From the NCBI GenBank assembly GCA_002269645.1, contig NIVC01000862.1, positions 186,001-250,000 of the forward strand: a DNA stretch of 64,000 nt, read 5' to 3'. The notes beneath the pieces are model-generated. The model was not told the origin of the DNA. It worked only from the letters and a program-made list of their open reading frames with translations, and searched no databases. The stretch's first letter is position 1. Each line of letters starts with the position of its first letter. Both the position numbers and the translations under genes were made by a program. Shown in pieces: positions 37,715 through 50,475 of the stretch. This DNA comes from Macrostomum lignano. Taxonomy: Eukaryota.

Positions 37715-40349
37715 CGCGCTAAAATGTTTAAAGGCTGAAGACTACACTCCCTTTGCAGAAAAAAACTATGAACACAACAAAACTATGAAACTTTAAGAAA
37801 GCCGTTGATAGATCTTAAACTAAACGTAAGAAAAATGTTTCGTAGAAAACTCTAGAACACTCTGTAGCTTGATTATATCCAGCTTATTGTACCGTAACGA
37901 ACCCAGTTATGAACCCAGAAGTTATGTACCTAGAAGATTTTTATCTAGTTAGCAGTTTCAAATAAATAATGGACTCGCTAAAAAGAGTGGCTAAAAGCAC
38001 TATGTCGGCTGCATGCATATTTCAGAGTTGTTTTCAGATCTCTACTTTAATCAAAATTGGTAGAAATAGGAATGTCCAAAATTTTTGTTCAGCGCATTCG
38101 GTCAACATTCGAAAAAACCTGCAGAGGTAAGCTTTACCTCGTGGAGGGCGCTAGGAAGAAACCTGCATAATGGACGCAGAGATGCAAGATTTTTTGCTGA
38201 AAAATCCCTTTCAAACAATATAAAGTCGATTGATGAGAAGCTGGTTGGACGCTTTCCTGAGAAGCCCCATCGTTCTATATACACGTACAAGCGTAGCATG
38301 ACATATTGAATTGCATATGGCATACTTTCTCGAGTTAATATAAACGCTTGGTCATAAAACTCCATTAGCCGTTCCGTTTTACATGTCCTCTGCTTCACAT
38401 ATAGCACGCAATATCAATAGTAAAGTCAGAAATATAAGAAGCATAGATTGAGGTGTGAGGTCGAAGCTTCCTACCATAGACAAGGTTTTTTGCGCCAGGT
38501 CAAAAACTCGTTTTTTGTTGCCTATGGCCGAATCCAAGTGATGAATAAAGCCATTTTCCACCTACGTATAAATGGGGAATATATACCATTTATTCAACTC
38601 GTGTAATAAACGTTGAATATTAAATGTAAAAAAACTATATTTCATTGAAAAAATCGACAAAAATAATTGCTTGAGGTTAAATTTTTGCTTGATATGCAAT
38701 TAAAGACATAAATCGCTGCTGCATGGCAAAAGTACTGAGGTCTGGATGTAAAATAATACAGAAAAAATGTTGTTTTTTTGCCTTCCTCAAACAGAAAATC
38801 GAGCTGAAACTACTGCAAAGAAGCTTCTTCAGGAAATCCAGGTGGTTACACTATTCTAGAAGAAATTTGGAGTCGGGTTACTTTTTGCTAGAACAGATGG
38901 TGCATGGATGCGGTTTCCATAGCTACCGTTCCTGAAAATTGCAGAAGCATGGGAACTCAAGTTCCTTCTTCGATTTCATTATCCGTCAGCAACCGTCGAT
39001 TTGGTAGTTATGTGGTAAGATTTTTCTTGCTTAGGACCTGTAGGGGTCTTGATAAATAGCATTAGAGAGCCGTTTTTCTGTTTTTAACACTATATTGCCA
39101 ATATTTCACTTTGGACTGACCGAAATTCAAATAAAGCGGGTAATGCTTTTCGTTCAAGAGGCAGAGTTTTTAAACTTTTCTCTTTTTTCTACCTTTCGGT
39201 GACATTTCAGTCTTTCTTTAGTGTCTTTTTCATAAATGGATTATTTAGACTGGATTTTAGCCCAGTTTTTTCAACGAATATCCACCGAGCTATGCTAAAA
39301 CATAGTGGCCATTCGTACGTAGCCCCTCCTCGTTAATACAGAATATAGTTTTGTTAAAACAAAAGTTAGTATAAAACTCTTGAAGCCGCTTGTCTAAAGG
39401 CTAGTTTTTTTAAACGTCGAAAAGTTCTGTATAGTTTCCTCAATACATTTTAGGATTAGAAAAAAATGTGTAATAGCTATTTTTTAATCCAAATATTCCG
39501 GTTTTTAGACTCTCATGGGAATAGCCATGCACCATATACAATCATAAAAAATACACAATACAATCATATTAATCATACAAAAATGTGCGAAATTTGTTCA
39601 TAAAACGCATTTTGAGCGTTGCCCGTTCTCAAATTTTATTCTCAGACGATTTATCAACAAGCTTCTGATTACGCCTTGAACGCAGCACAAAAAGCTACTT
39701 GCTTCATCAAAACTGTCCATCGAAAATTTGCAGAGCATTTTTGCTGATTTTTTAAACTAAACAAATGGAAACATCTTTTCGTAAGATAGTAAGTAGCACC
39801 AGCAGTAGTATCTTGAAGAACACTACCAGTTTTTCCCCTACGATTAGTTACTAAATTATCGAGCTGTAGGTCATGTTTTGAAACTCAAATATTGCTTCTG
39901 TCAGAAGAACTTTATTCACAGAAGGATGTTTATTGCAAGATTAAGTTTTGTTTAGAAAAATTCGAACGGACGTTAGCGAGATGGCAAGTTTCATGTTGTC
40001 ATCATTAAATTAGGAATGCAGCCCCTGATTTAATTCTCTAAACTCTATTCTTCCAGTTCTCTTTCTTAACTTATCGTAACCAATGTACCGTGGATTATTC
40101 TGTGAATTTCATTAAAAGTTGTTTTAACAGATTAATCAGCATAAAAAGAGCCAAATTTAGTATTTTAACTACGAGCTAATTTTACGCTGTATTTGTTTAG
40201 ATATTTCAATATTATTTATAACTGGCTTGTTTAAAAAGTGCGTTACGAGCGTATGTACGTTCCATAGTGCATTAGTAGCTCGTACGTTCGTTCGATCATT
40301 TGCACGTTAAAAGTATGCTACTATTATGATGGTTTTTTTTCTCATTATT

Positions 40350-41766
40350 CTTATCATTTGATGGGTTTCGACCTTTCGGCCCCCTTGTGGGGTCGAAGCC
40401 TTCGGACCTCAGGTCTCAGAAATAAATCAATTAGAGTCCTGGCCCCTCACTCCTGTCAGATGGTCAGCCCCATGGTAGCTTGATCGTGTGGCGAGCAGTC
40501 TAGGTCCTATAGCTAAGAGAGGGACAGCGAGAGACAAGCAGGGAGAATTTTGAGGGTAGAAATTAGTTAATCCGCAGATTAGCTAACTCGCTGCCACCAG
40601 CCCGTACGTCCTGGCTCACCACACCGGGACTCTCGAAATCGGGCTTCCGACTAGAAGGGGCTTTGCACGTACCTGCCAACTAGTGTATTTTTGCTGTCAA
40701 TCGCAAAGTCATAGCCAATAATAAGGGACACTGCTGGGACTAGATGGCATTGGCCATGCAGGTACAGAGGGGACTTGTGCAGGGGATTCTTGCAGTGTCG
40801 AGGCTATGGGGTAGCTACATGTACTATTACATTGCTAAATACGAAGAATTGTACTTTTGGCCTTCAACGCGCCAACTAGCCTCTCCTAGCGCTGATGATA
40901 GGCTAACTCGAACGTCAGAGACCGCATGATTCATCACGCTTGGCGAACCTAGAGTGCACAGAGTACATCTCTGGAGCCGATTCTGCACTATTGGCAATTT
41001 CGCTAACTGATTTGATAGATTGATCGACCGAGAACTGCCTTGCCATTGGTCCACTGTGACCGGCGCCTACTAGCTTAGCTACTCATCTGAGCCATCGGCA
41101 AACAAAGAAATAAAACGGATAAAAATAACTGTTGGATTTAACCTTCTCCTTAGATCACTTCACTCTTCAGATTGAATAGGAGTTTCAGACTACTAGCAGT
41201 ATTATTGAATGACTTCTGCCTCAGCAACAGCACTACTGAACAAAGTGAGCAGAAGTGTGCGCCTAAACCAGCTACTGAAACAGGAGACAGATATGGAATC
41301 ACCCAATCAAGCAAGTCTAGGTAGCCTCTCACCTAACCAATCAGAAACTCAACAGCCGGAGACCAGGTAATCCACAGCGACCGAATCGGCTTGATGCTTC
41401 GCAGCTGTAGACTCGGGATGATGCTGTCACAATCTTCGCTGTTAGCTAGCAGGTGATGCTCTTCACTTGATGTTCGCTGCCGGTGACCGGGGGACTCGTC
41501 CTTGATGATGATGGGGGAGTCGTAATCCGGGGATCAAGAAACGACGGTCAGTTCCTGAACCGAGCGTGACGCAGCGTCAACCGGTCGCAGGAAGAGGGGT
41601 TCAAGTCTGAGGTCCGGGCGGGCCAAAAACACCGGTTTAAATAGCCACCTGGACCGCAGTTTGTTAAAATGAGCGCCGAATTTTCTGATTGGATGAGCTA
41701 GTTGCCACCCAAAATCACGTGACCGGGAGTTCCTATCAGTTCCCACAGGGTCGTAAAAACATGACA
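40350..41766 (-). mobile_element. LTR-like segment (41055..41766) plus adjacent internal/leader sequence
   Basis: On the minus strand: TGTCA...TCACA termini, CCAATCAG and TATTTAAA motifs, TGG just after the end. The adjacent sequence is shared with 27400-27680. No TSD found. Confidence 0.45.
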
Positions 41767-42309
41767 GGTGCGGCCATAAATCAATCAAAATCACAAAAAA
41801 TGATTTATGACTTTTCGCGTAGAATTGACAAAAATGAATGAAAAAATATACATTAGAAAGCTCTTATTAAGTAGAAAGTGAAGATAATGAAGATAAATCG
41901 CTAATCGCTAATCCCAAAGTACTTTTAGGGGTAAAACGCATAGCTGTCAAAGCTTTCACACGCTTGAGTGAACACGAACAATAGGCTCTGACCTCATAAA
42001 TCTTGATGGCCTGTCAAAATGATGAGAAAAAAGCTACCGCCCGCATCCTCTCAGACCATCTGGCGCCCGCTTCAACACTGAGTGAGGCGCAGGTGGCTGT
42101 CAGACCAGCTTCGAAAGCGATGATTTATGACCCAAAAAGCTGCGCCTATGTTATTATGACTACTAGTATTACCAGACGTTATATCTAGTATAGATTCTAT
42201 GACAATTCGCAGAAAAAGGATAAAAATGCCCATTGCCCACTGTTAGTAGGCTAGTAGGTTTAGAGCCCATGTGCTAGCGCGGGATTTGGAAAAAAGTGCG
42301 TCCTCATCA

Positions 42310-42310
<1 letters not shown>

Positions 42311-42359
<49 letters not shown>
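42311..42359. repeat. (ATT)n microsatellite
   Basis: About 16 units, directly visible. Confidence 0.95.
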
Positions 42360-42363
<4 letters not shown>

Positions 42364-43029
42364 TACCATTAAAGTACTTACTGATTCCAGCTGTAATGCC
42401 AACTTCACTGTAAACTGGGTCCCCGACAAGTCTCGAGATGATGGAGTCTTGGCGATTTGCGAGGTCTGGCATTGAAAAAATCTCTTTTGGATATTGTACG
42501 CTTAAGGCAATCTGCCTAGCTCTGAGCAGACTCCATTATTGTCATTACTGTCAGTCTCTCAGATAAAAGTCAAATAATTGATACCGATATTTAGGGTTTC
42601 TTTCTCAATTGCCAGAATTGGGAAGCAAAATGCTTATTCGTTGTCGAAGAGCCTGTTTGTGCAAACGAATAGTCTAAGGAGCCAATTGCGGGAGAGCAGA
42701 CAAAAAAGTCATTATTCGCCAGTTGAAAGGCGACATTTGAGAACATTTTTTCAACATTGAACCCTCCAACTACGAGTCGTAAATTGATATAAAGCCAATC
42801 CAGACAAAGATGAGAAGGGAAAGAGAAAACCGGACAGTCTCGACCAGTGGAAACGCCGCTTTAGGACTTACATGTAGGGCCATAGAGTAGTGAAATCAGT
42901 TCCTTGCTGCTCGGGCACTCTTCGCTGCCGGGACGATCCATGTTTAACATTAAAGTCCAGTAAATCGTAAGATGAATAGCTATATAAACTCTAGATAGAT
43001 ACTTTAATACTCGTATAATAATAATCGAT

Positions 43030-43320
43030 TATACCTGCCCCAGTTGGGCCAGATGTGCAACAGACAGCTCAGCCGCAGCTATTGCGCGGCGCATCTGAAG
43101 GCTGCGTACGGCTGTTCAGTCCAAGAACTGGGGGGGGGGGGTTATCACACACACCCTCAATTACCCAAGCTAATGCTGGGACCCATTTTACAGCTGGGTG
43201 AACTGAACTAATACAGAGTTAAGTGCCTTGCTCAAGGACACAACTCAGAGTAGGGTCGGGAATCGAACACCTGACCTTTCAGTCGAGAGTCCGACGCTCT
43301 AACCAATAGGCTACAACCCT
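43030..43320 (-). mobile_element. Near full-length tRNA-derived CORE-type SINE
   Basis: Minus strand reads TAGCCTATTGGTTAGAGC, TGTTCGATTCC, TGTGTCCTTGAGCAAGGCACTTAAC..CAGCTGTAAAATGGG; same family as 20559..20800. Confidence 0.8.
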
Positions 43321-44003
43321 TTTAGTAGTCTCTGGCTACAACCCAACAACTCTAGAATATTGGGTGACAACTCAGTGAAATTTGAAATTCTTGAGGAAGC
43401 AACAAGAGACTCCAGAACAATTGTTTTCTGCTGCATAAGGGCTTAGGAATTCCATGATGCATCAGAAGAATTTTCAGTTTTTTAGTAGGATTGGTTTTTT
43501 AAACTTCCTGTCTCTTCCTATACAACCGGAAGTGCTACTGGATGTAAAAGGTACCAGTAAAACAATAGGCAACTTTTTCTACGCATTTAAAAGAATTTCT
43601 GCGATTTAAAAAACTGTCATTTCCATGACACCACAGAATATTGTCAGTAAGCAGCAAATTCAAAAAAACTTTTTTACGCAATTGTTTTCTGTTGACTCCA
43701 AAAAGCACTTCTAAGACACAATAAATCCTTATAAAACTGAGCCACTGGCGAGCGAATTTCACCTACGTGCTGTTCCGGTAGCTTTAAACAATACAAGTCC
43801 GGGAAAAAAACACCAGATTGTTTTTGTTCATTGTGTAAAATAATCCAGCCACGGATGCCGGTTAAAATCTTCTCAAAAAAGAACTCAAAACAATAGCTAG
43901 TTTTATCAAATAGCTATTTTTTCAATCACATGATGCTACATTCACTTTGATATAAAGTAAGTAGCTAAGTTTTCCTGGATGCTTCATAGAACCGGCTCCC
44001 AAA

Positions 44004-44969
44004 ATGTTTATGCCAGCGCTGCTGCTGTTTCTGCTGATCGCTCAGGTCGCTCTGTTCACCACGAGCTCTAGTGGCTACGAGCTTCTCCAAAAGTCGCCTG
44101 TTCCTGACTGTTCGAGCTCGAGTCCTGCGCCTGAAGTGGCGTCGAACCCGGTCGGGCTGAACAACGCAGCGGCCTGCGCCTTGGCCTGCACTGTGGCTAC
44201 GGCGAGGTGGTGCTTCGGCTTCTACATGACGAAATCGAACTGGTGCCGACTAGTTAGATATGACGCTTTCATAAAGAGCTGGCTTGACACTGCGCACTGT
44301 CCGGAGTCGATTTACGTCCTACCGATGCCCGGTGAGCTAGGGGATTTTCTTTTATAGAAGTTTACCCCAAATAGACTTGGAAAGGCCAAATAAGACGAGA
44401 AAAAGATTACTTTGGATGCACTTGTCTTTTTTTCAAGGCCGAGCCGATGCTTGAATCTATAATTATATCTACGTAATTTAATTGTATTAAATTATTATCT
44501 GCATCGGTCATAATAAAATAAATAGCTATTTACGTATAATTTTATTCTGCAACGCGTGTGCAAACTATTCTCTATCATTTTAGATATCGTGAAGCTTAAT
44601 GCCGTAGGATGTACTCAAAGCAGCAATTACTTAAACGGCGTTTGCGAGCGAGCTATAGACGGTGACACAAATCCAAAATTTTCTGGACAATCATGCAGCC
44701 ACACTTTAAATACTGCTGATCAATGGTTTGAAGCTCAATTTCAAACGGCCGTGTTTGTCTCGTACGTCACCATCTACAATAGGAATGACTGTTGCACTAG
44801 CCGAATGAACAAGCTCTCGCTGAGAATGGACGGTGTAGAGTGCCACCGCGTCGACGTTTCCTACTCTGTGGCCAATTTTACCTGCAACGCTATTGGAAGC
44901 AGGTTCCGGGTCTACAGCACCCAGTCGCAAGCAGTGAATATATGCGAAATTGAGTTTTTTGGCCACTGA
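44004..44969 (+). CDS. Locus J: secreted PAN/Apple + F-type lectin protein (intact)
   Basis: Exons 44004..44331 and 44584..44969, 252-nt phase-1 intron (G|GTGAGC ... TTTAG|AT). Six-Cys PAN; CSHT...RNDCCTSR. Confidence 0.92.
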
Positions 44970-45510
44970 ATTTAAAATGCCGATTAATCCTGCCAAATAA
45001 ACGGACTCTTTTCGGAACATTTTCGGACAGTAAAAAACCAAAAATTTATTGATCTTGCGCTTAAAATCTCTTGTCGATCCACTCTTATATTTTCTGTCGT
45101 TTATTGGTACATCGTTTTTGGTTTCCTCGAGAACCTCGAGATTTTGGTGCGTGTTCACTTTTTAATGTATCCTCCACTTGCCCCGGGCGAACGTCCATGG
45201 TCTCAGTGTAAATTTCATTTATTTGCATTGGTGCAGATAAACGGTTATGGGTAGGCTGCCTGGGTTGAAACGCGATTGAAACGCTCTACATTTGTCTGCC
45301 GTCACTGTCTATGGTTGAAGCATATTTTAATTATATTCAATTCATCACTTATAGCCACTGTATATTTCACTGCCAACAAACACAAGACCAAATACAACAG
45401 GAATGAAACACGAAGTAAACGAAATAATTCAGTAAATAACGCTTGGAAGCTCAAAATGATATGTGGCTGGAGAGTTCATCAATAGTTACCTCAATAGTTA
45501 CATCTGTCAG

Positions 45511-46224
45511 TTAGCGTGGTGTAATGTTGAATGTGCAATTGTCAAATTTGCAGTTCTCAAAAACGCTCGCCTGGTTGGCACCAATCGATACGCCTTGGTT
45601 AGCTACAATTGACCCAGCCATGCCCAACGCAGTCGTATTTTGTGACAGTACGATGCATCCAGCAGTCGAACTTGCTCCCGCGTTGCTGGCGCTCTGACCA
45701 GCCGATGCCAGGGTTTGTTCCGCAGTGCCAGAGAGTCGCCCACTGATTGCTCGGGATAGGTTGACTTTTTTGGAGAACTTCAATCTCTTGTTGTAATGTT
45801 CAACGCTCTCCGCTCGTTTGTGACCGGTCACGGCTTGAATCTCGGAAACGCTGACGCCATCCTCCATCAAGTTGGTTACAACGGAGGCGCGTATGCAATG
45901 ATTGGTGTGCGCACGATTGCTCAGTCCCGCCAGCTCACACAATTTCTTCATGAACTCATTAAGGCAGTGTTTGCCGAGTACAAGGCTCTTGTGATACCAG
46001 AAACCTTCCATGGAAAACCCTCGTTCCAGCGGTTTAGGCCACAGACAACCGACGTCATCTGGTATTTTTGCCAGGTACATCTCCATCGCACGAACCGGAC
46101 ACGTATTCGGGTCAGTCGACGTTTCGGCCAAAATGATCGACTTTCGTGTGGTTGGGTCGTCCGCCGTTACTGAGCTACTGATACTGAGCCGGACTTTACT
46201 GCGAACTCTCAAAGGTGGCGACAA
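45511..46224 (-). mobile_element. Crypton-type (DUF3504-like) tyrosine recombinase, C-terminal part
   Basis: CPVRAMEMY, LWPKP, WY...LGKHCL, NHCIR (H-x-x-R), VTGHK, VEHY (catalytic Tyr) and terminal FDNCTFNI. The N-terminal catalytic Arg region is absent. Confidence 0.8.
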
Positions 46225-46379
46225 TTTTATGTTGTTGATTATTAAAAAAAGTTAGTTTTTTGTGAATTGTTTTTGCAAGCAATTTAGGCGACTGTGTATT
46301 TTCCTATTTATCGATCCTATTATAGGAGTATTTTCCTACGTTGAAGCTACCATCAAATAACTGAAGCAGAAAAAGGCAC

Positions 46380-46940
46380 CGGGAGAAGATAGCATCAAGG
46401 CAGAACTCAAGGTGATGAGAAAATCACTTGGTAGAGGAAAGCAAATGAGGAAAGCATTTGGTAGAGTCTGCCATGAGGCACCGTGGAAAATGAGCAAGTT
46501 TGATTTTGGGAAAGGGATAACTGCTCTGATAAAGAGCTTGTACGAAGCAGCGAAATCTAAAGTTCTCACTGGTTCTGGACTACTGTCGATGTACGAAGAG
46601 GATGCACGCTGTAGCCTGTCCTATTTACATAGTTTCTTGAAAATTCATGGAACACTTGAAGGCCATTGTAGAGACGCGAGATGCGCGGCGAGGCGGATAA
46701 ATGATATCCGGTTTGCTGATAACGATTCTGAAGTCCTGGAGAAATATGCCTGAAAAAATGTTTACAGAAGCTTTTAGAAAACCACCGAGAGATACGGAAT
46801 GGAAATTGGCACTGAGAAGAGTAAATTTCATGATGATTGGCAAGAGGAGCTCACGGAGAATCAGTTGGTGAATGTGAAGGTTAACTGTGTAGGTTTAGAA
46901 CAGGTGAAGAGCATTAACTACATTGGATCTAAGATTTGAA
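46380..46940 (+). mobile_element. Decayed RTE/BovB-like LINE reverse-transcriptase fragment
   Basis: LIKSLYE...INDIRFAD...LEQVKSINYIGSKI across frameshifts. Confidence 0.75.
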
Positions 46941-47108
46941 TCTTGAATAAAAGACAACGGAAAGCCAGGAATAGAGATTTGGGTATAGCTAAAAGTTAGT
47001 AGACCATGAAAAGTCCACATAAAATACAATGCTGTTATGAGATCGGCAGCATATTGGCAGTTCGATATAAAGGAAATAATAGAATTTAGAATTTGTTTTC
47101 TTAATTTT

Positions 47109-47545
47109 GGCACTCATTTTGGCGCCGCAGGCACTCATTTTGGCGCCGCAGGCACTCATTTTAGCGCCACAGGCACTCATTTTAGCGCCGCAGGCACTCA
47201 TTTTAGCTCCGCAGGCACTAATTTTAGCGCAGCAGGCACTCATTTTAGCGCAGCAGGCACTCATTTTAGCGCCGCAGGCACTCATTTAGCGCAGCAGGCA
47301 CTCATTTTAGCGCAGCAGGCACTCATTTTAGCGCCGCAGGCACTCATTTTAGCGCTGCAGGCACTCATTTTAGCGCCGCAGGCACTCTTTTAGCGCCGCA
47401 GGCACTCATTTTAGCGCCGCAGGCACTCATTTTAGCGCCGCAGGCACTCATTTTAGCGCCTCAGACACTCATTTAGCGCCGCAGGAACTCATTTTAGCGC
47501 CGTAAGCGCTATATTTTGGCGCCCTGAAGAAAAATTATTGATTAC
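47109..47545. repeat. 21-bp minisatellite (GGCACTCATTTTAGCGCCGCA)n, about 19 units, from the same element family as 9631..9964
   Basis: The unit is the reverse complement of the 9795-9892 repeat. Flank 47497-47543 matches the reverse complement of 9750-9800. Confidence 0.9.
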
Positions 47546-47582
47546 CAAAACGACTCACAAGGAAGGCTAGTGAACTTTCTCA

Positions 47583-48095
47583 GTGGCCAATTTTACCTGC
47601 AACGCAGTCGTCATCTAAAAAAATCGATCATTCGTCAACAAAATTTAATCATTGAAGAAAAAAGCTGATTTTGGTCAGCAGTGTCCGCCTTTGGCTTGGT
47701 TGAATTTGCTCAGCTCAATGAATGCCTTGGTGGCCAGCTCTAAAACCTGCAGAACTATAGTGGCGTGCATATACGATGGGGTGCATCCGATTGCTTTCAG
47801 TAGGCTGCTTCTTTGTTGTGTTGGTGGCCAAATTTTTCTTGGGGAGCAAAGATTTGTCAGAAGAAGGGCTCAAAGTTGTTTTGTTCGGTTCCCAGATTTC
47901 CATAGGCTAATTGGATCAGCTGACTGGTTCATCCAGATGGCGCTCTGAGGCTCGAATTGTTCGATGCTGCAGCCCGTTTCAGTAGTTCCGCTCTGCTGGC
48001 CATCGGGGACTGGTGGGATCAAGTTCACCGGTTGAGCTGCCTGCAGAAGCACCACCAACAGCAGCTGCAGAATTGCGAGTGCAACGCCTGGCGTT
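47583..48095 (+). pseudogene. Locus L: possible fragmented F-type lectin relic
   Basis: 23 bp identical to locus J exon 2 (gtggccaattttacctgcaacgc, 47583-47605). Further on are gccatcg..gggatcaagttc, caccaccaacagcag and ctgcag..gagtgcaac, collinear with exon-2 motifs. Confidence 0.35.
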
Positions 48096-50475
48096 GCTTT
48101 GTTCAGATTCTGCTTTCATTTTTGCAAATAAGAGAAAGCAAACAGTGGATTGCACGGCAGGAAGGATTTCACACTGCTTTCTACTTGGCAGAGCAATGCA
48201 TTTGTTTAATCTGGCACTAATTAGTATGAAGACTCATCCGAGTCTTGGCTCAAAACTTTGGGTCATCTAGTTTCACACAAAAAGCATGACGTCATTATCT
48301 CTGCACGAAACACATAAATCGTGAAGGACCGGGGGGGGGGGGTATCACGGCAGATAAATGGACGAAGGATCCAACTGAATTACGCTTGACACTGTGACGA
48401 GACCCTTCTGAGTTCGGTACTGACGGCTATGCACAATAATAAATTATCAGACAATCTTACGGCCGAATCGAGTTGACTTGTCTTATCCTATATATTTGAA
48501 GAGATAGGATACACTTTTAGTTTTATCGCCGTTAATTTTTTGATGTTAAACAACTGCAAACGGGCACAACGCGGCGGACCAACCGAAAAGCACGAGACAA
48601 GAGACCGATTAGCGCAAAATCGCGATTTAACAGTCTTTTAAATAATTATTTCAATAAATAATAAATAATAATAAATAATAAATAATAAATAATAAATAAA
48701 AAAATTTAGATATTACTTTTTAATAATAAATATTTAAATAATTTAAACAATATTTCCATGAAAGATACCGTAAAACAAATTTTAAGCGTACGTATTGAAT
48801 AACTTTAAAATTCGCTAATGAATAGTAGATAAATTAATACAATACTAAGGAGACATTAATAATACCATATTACAATATTTACGAACAACTAAATATCAAC
48901 ATCGTTACAACACGTTAATTGGGTAATAAAACAGCTCAACCAGTTGAAAAAAAGCCCATGTAATTACCTAAGTAATCCTTACTTTCCTAGGTAATTTACT
49001 TTGCGAGAACTTCCAGAAAGTTTTCTTACTGAAAGGAATACAATCAATATTACTCAGATACATCGAAAAGTCGCCATCACAGAAAATCCCATCTGTGGTC
49101 GCCACTTTTGAGAGTGCATGCAAAGTCTCTCAATCTTTGCGAGCAGCACAACTTATAGCTACGCCGAGGCAGACTTGAGTTGGGGAATGAAGTGGGGTAG
49201 CGCTGTGCGAAGGCTGGACGAATTAAAGCTACCCCTCAGCTCTCTCGCTAGAGTGGCAACTTTTGTATGTTGCTGAGTATACATTAGGAGAAAAAGCAGT
49301 AGCTAAAATAGAATTTGTAGCCATTTTTATCCAAATCCATGGAAGCTATTAATTATATTGAAATCAAAGTTTTAAATAAAACAAACTTTTCTCTGTCTTA
49401 GATTTTTAATTAAATATTTTTGTCAGTAAATTTATTCATACTTTTCTTAAAAGTAAACGAAATCTGATTTAACGAGAAAAACTTTTCCGTGCTGATATCC
49501 TTGTAGATTCGGTTTGGTTCGGTTGGTCGCGCTTTCTGCAACAGGTAATCTTAGTTTATTTTAAAACTCTCCCAGCAATACTGAGTATATCTATATTTAT
49601 CTAAGCTATCTGCTTCAATTATTCATAGTATTGATAGATGAATATTATCTCTTGCGTTAATGGGCAAAGCAGTTTTTTACTATTGGCATTCTAAAATCCA
49701 ATTGAAGCATTATAACGGTGCTAAATTAATAAGACGTAAAAGCGGTAGTTCTCGAGATTGCTATGGAACTGATATTGACTCATAAAATATTGAGTCCAAG
49801 CTTACAAACTATTAGTAACTATATTTTGCCTTGGAACAGCCAGAATGTTCTAGATAGAATTTGATTCAACCTTGTATTTTTGAATATACGAGTATTTATC
49901 TTGGAAATCTCTGGGTCACACTGCTTATTACTACAGTTTTACCGGGTAATAAAAGTATTACTGCTAAGTAGTTGACTAAACTACGAGGGTAGAGACGAAA
50001 CAAATTTTATGCAGCATTCAGTGTGTCAGCTAAAAGGTTGATTAAAACAAATATGTCAAAGTTATAGATAATTTCAGTGATATAACAGGTAAGGAAATAT
50101 TGAAAGTTACTCTTTTATCTGATCTGATAATATTGATAAAAAAAGTAGGCTAATCGCCTGCTTAAACAAGACTGCATTGTCTCGATCGCAGTGTGACAAC
50201 ACGAGCGGCAGAAATATAAAGAATAGTAGCATTTTAAACTGATGCCTAGAAAGATCTGCATACTAAATAAGTGCTACTCATATAAAGCTCTTTTCGAAGG
50301 TAATATAAATTTGTAGGATATGGTGCAGAAATATTTGACGATTTTTCATCAACGTTGATCTGTTTTTAAATAGACAATCACGGCTTTGCAGATTACGTAG
50401 ACTCAAAGAGCCCAAAATTCAATCTGTTACGCTCATATTTTTGTACCATTTATTATCCATCCGTTCCATGCTAGT

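Noticed and set aside
40350-40415. Hammerhead or other small ribozyme in the hairpin-rich stretch (ttcgacc...ggtcgaa, ggcc-gaaa-ggtc)
   Set aside because: No CUGANGA core correctly placed relative to GAAA. More likely a transposon terminus; similar ttcg hairpins occur near 5240 and 53935.
9795-47505. CRISPR-like arrays suggested by the 10-, 15- and 21-bp repeats
   Set aside because: Head-to-tail units without unique spacers, no cas genes, and a eukaryotic context.
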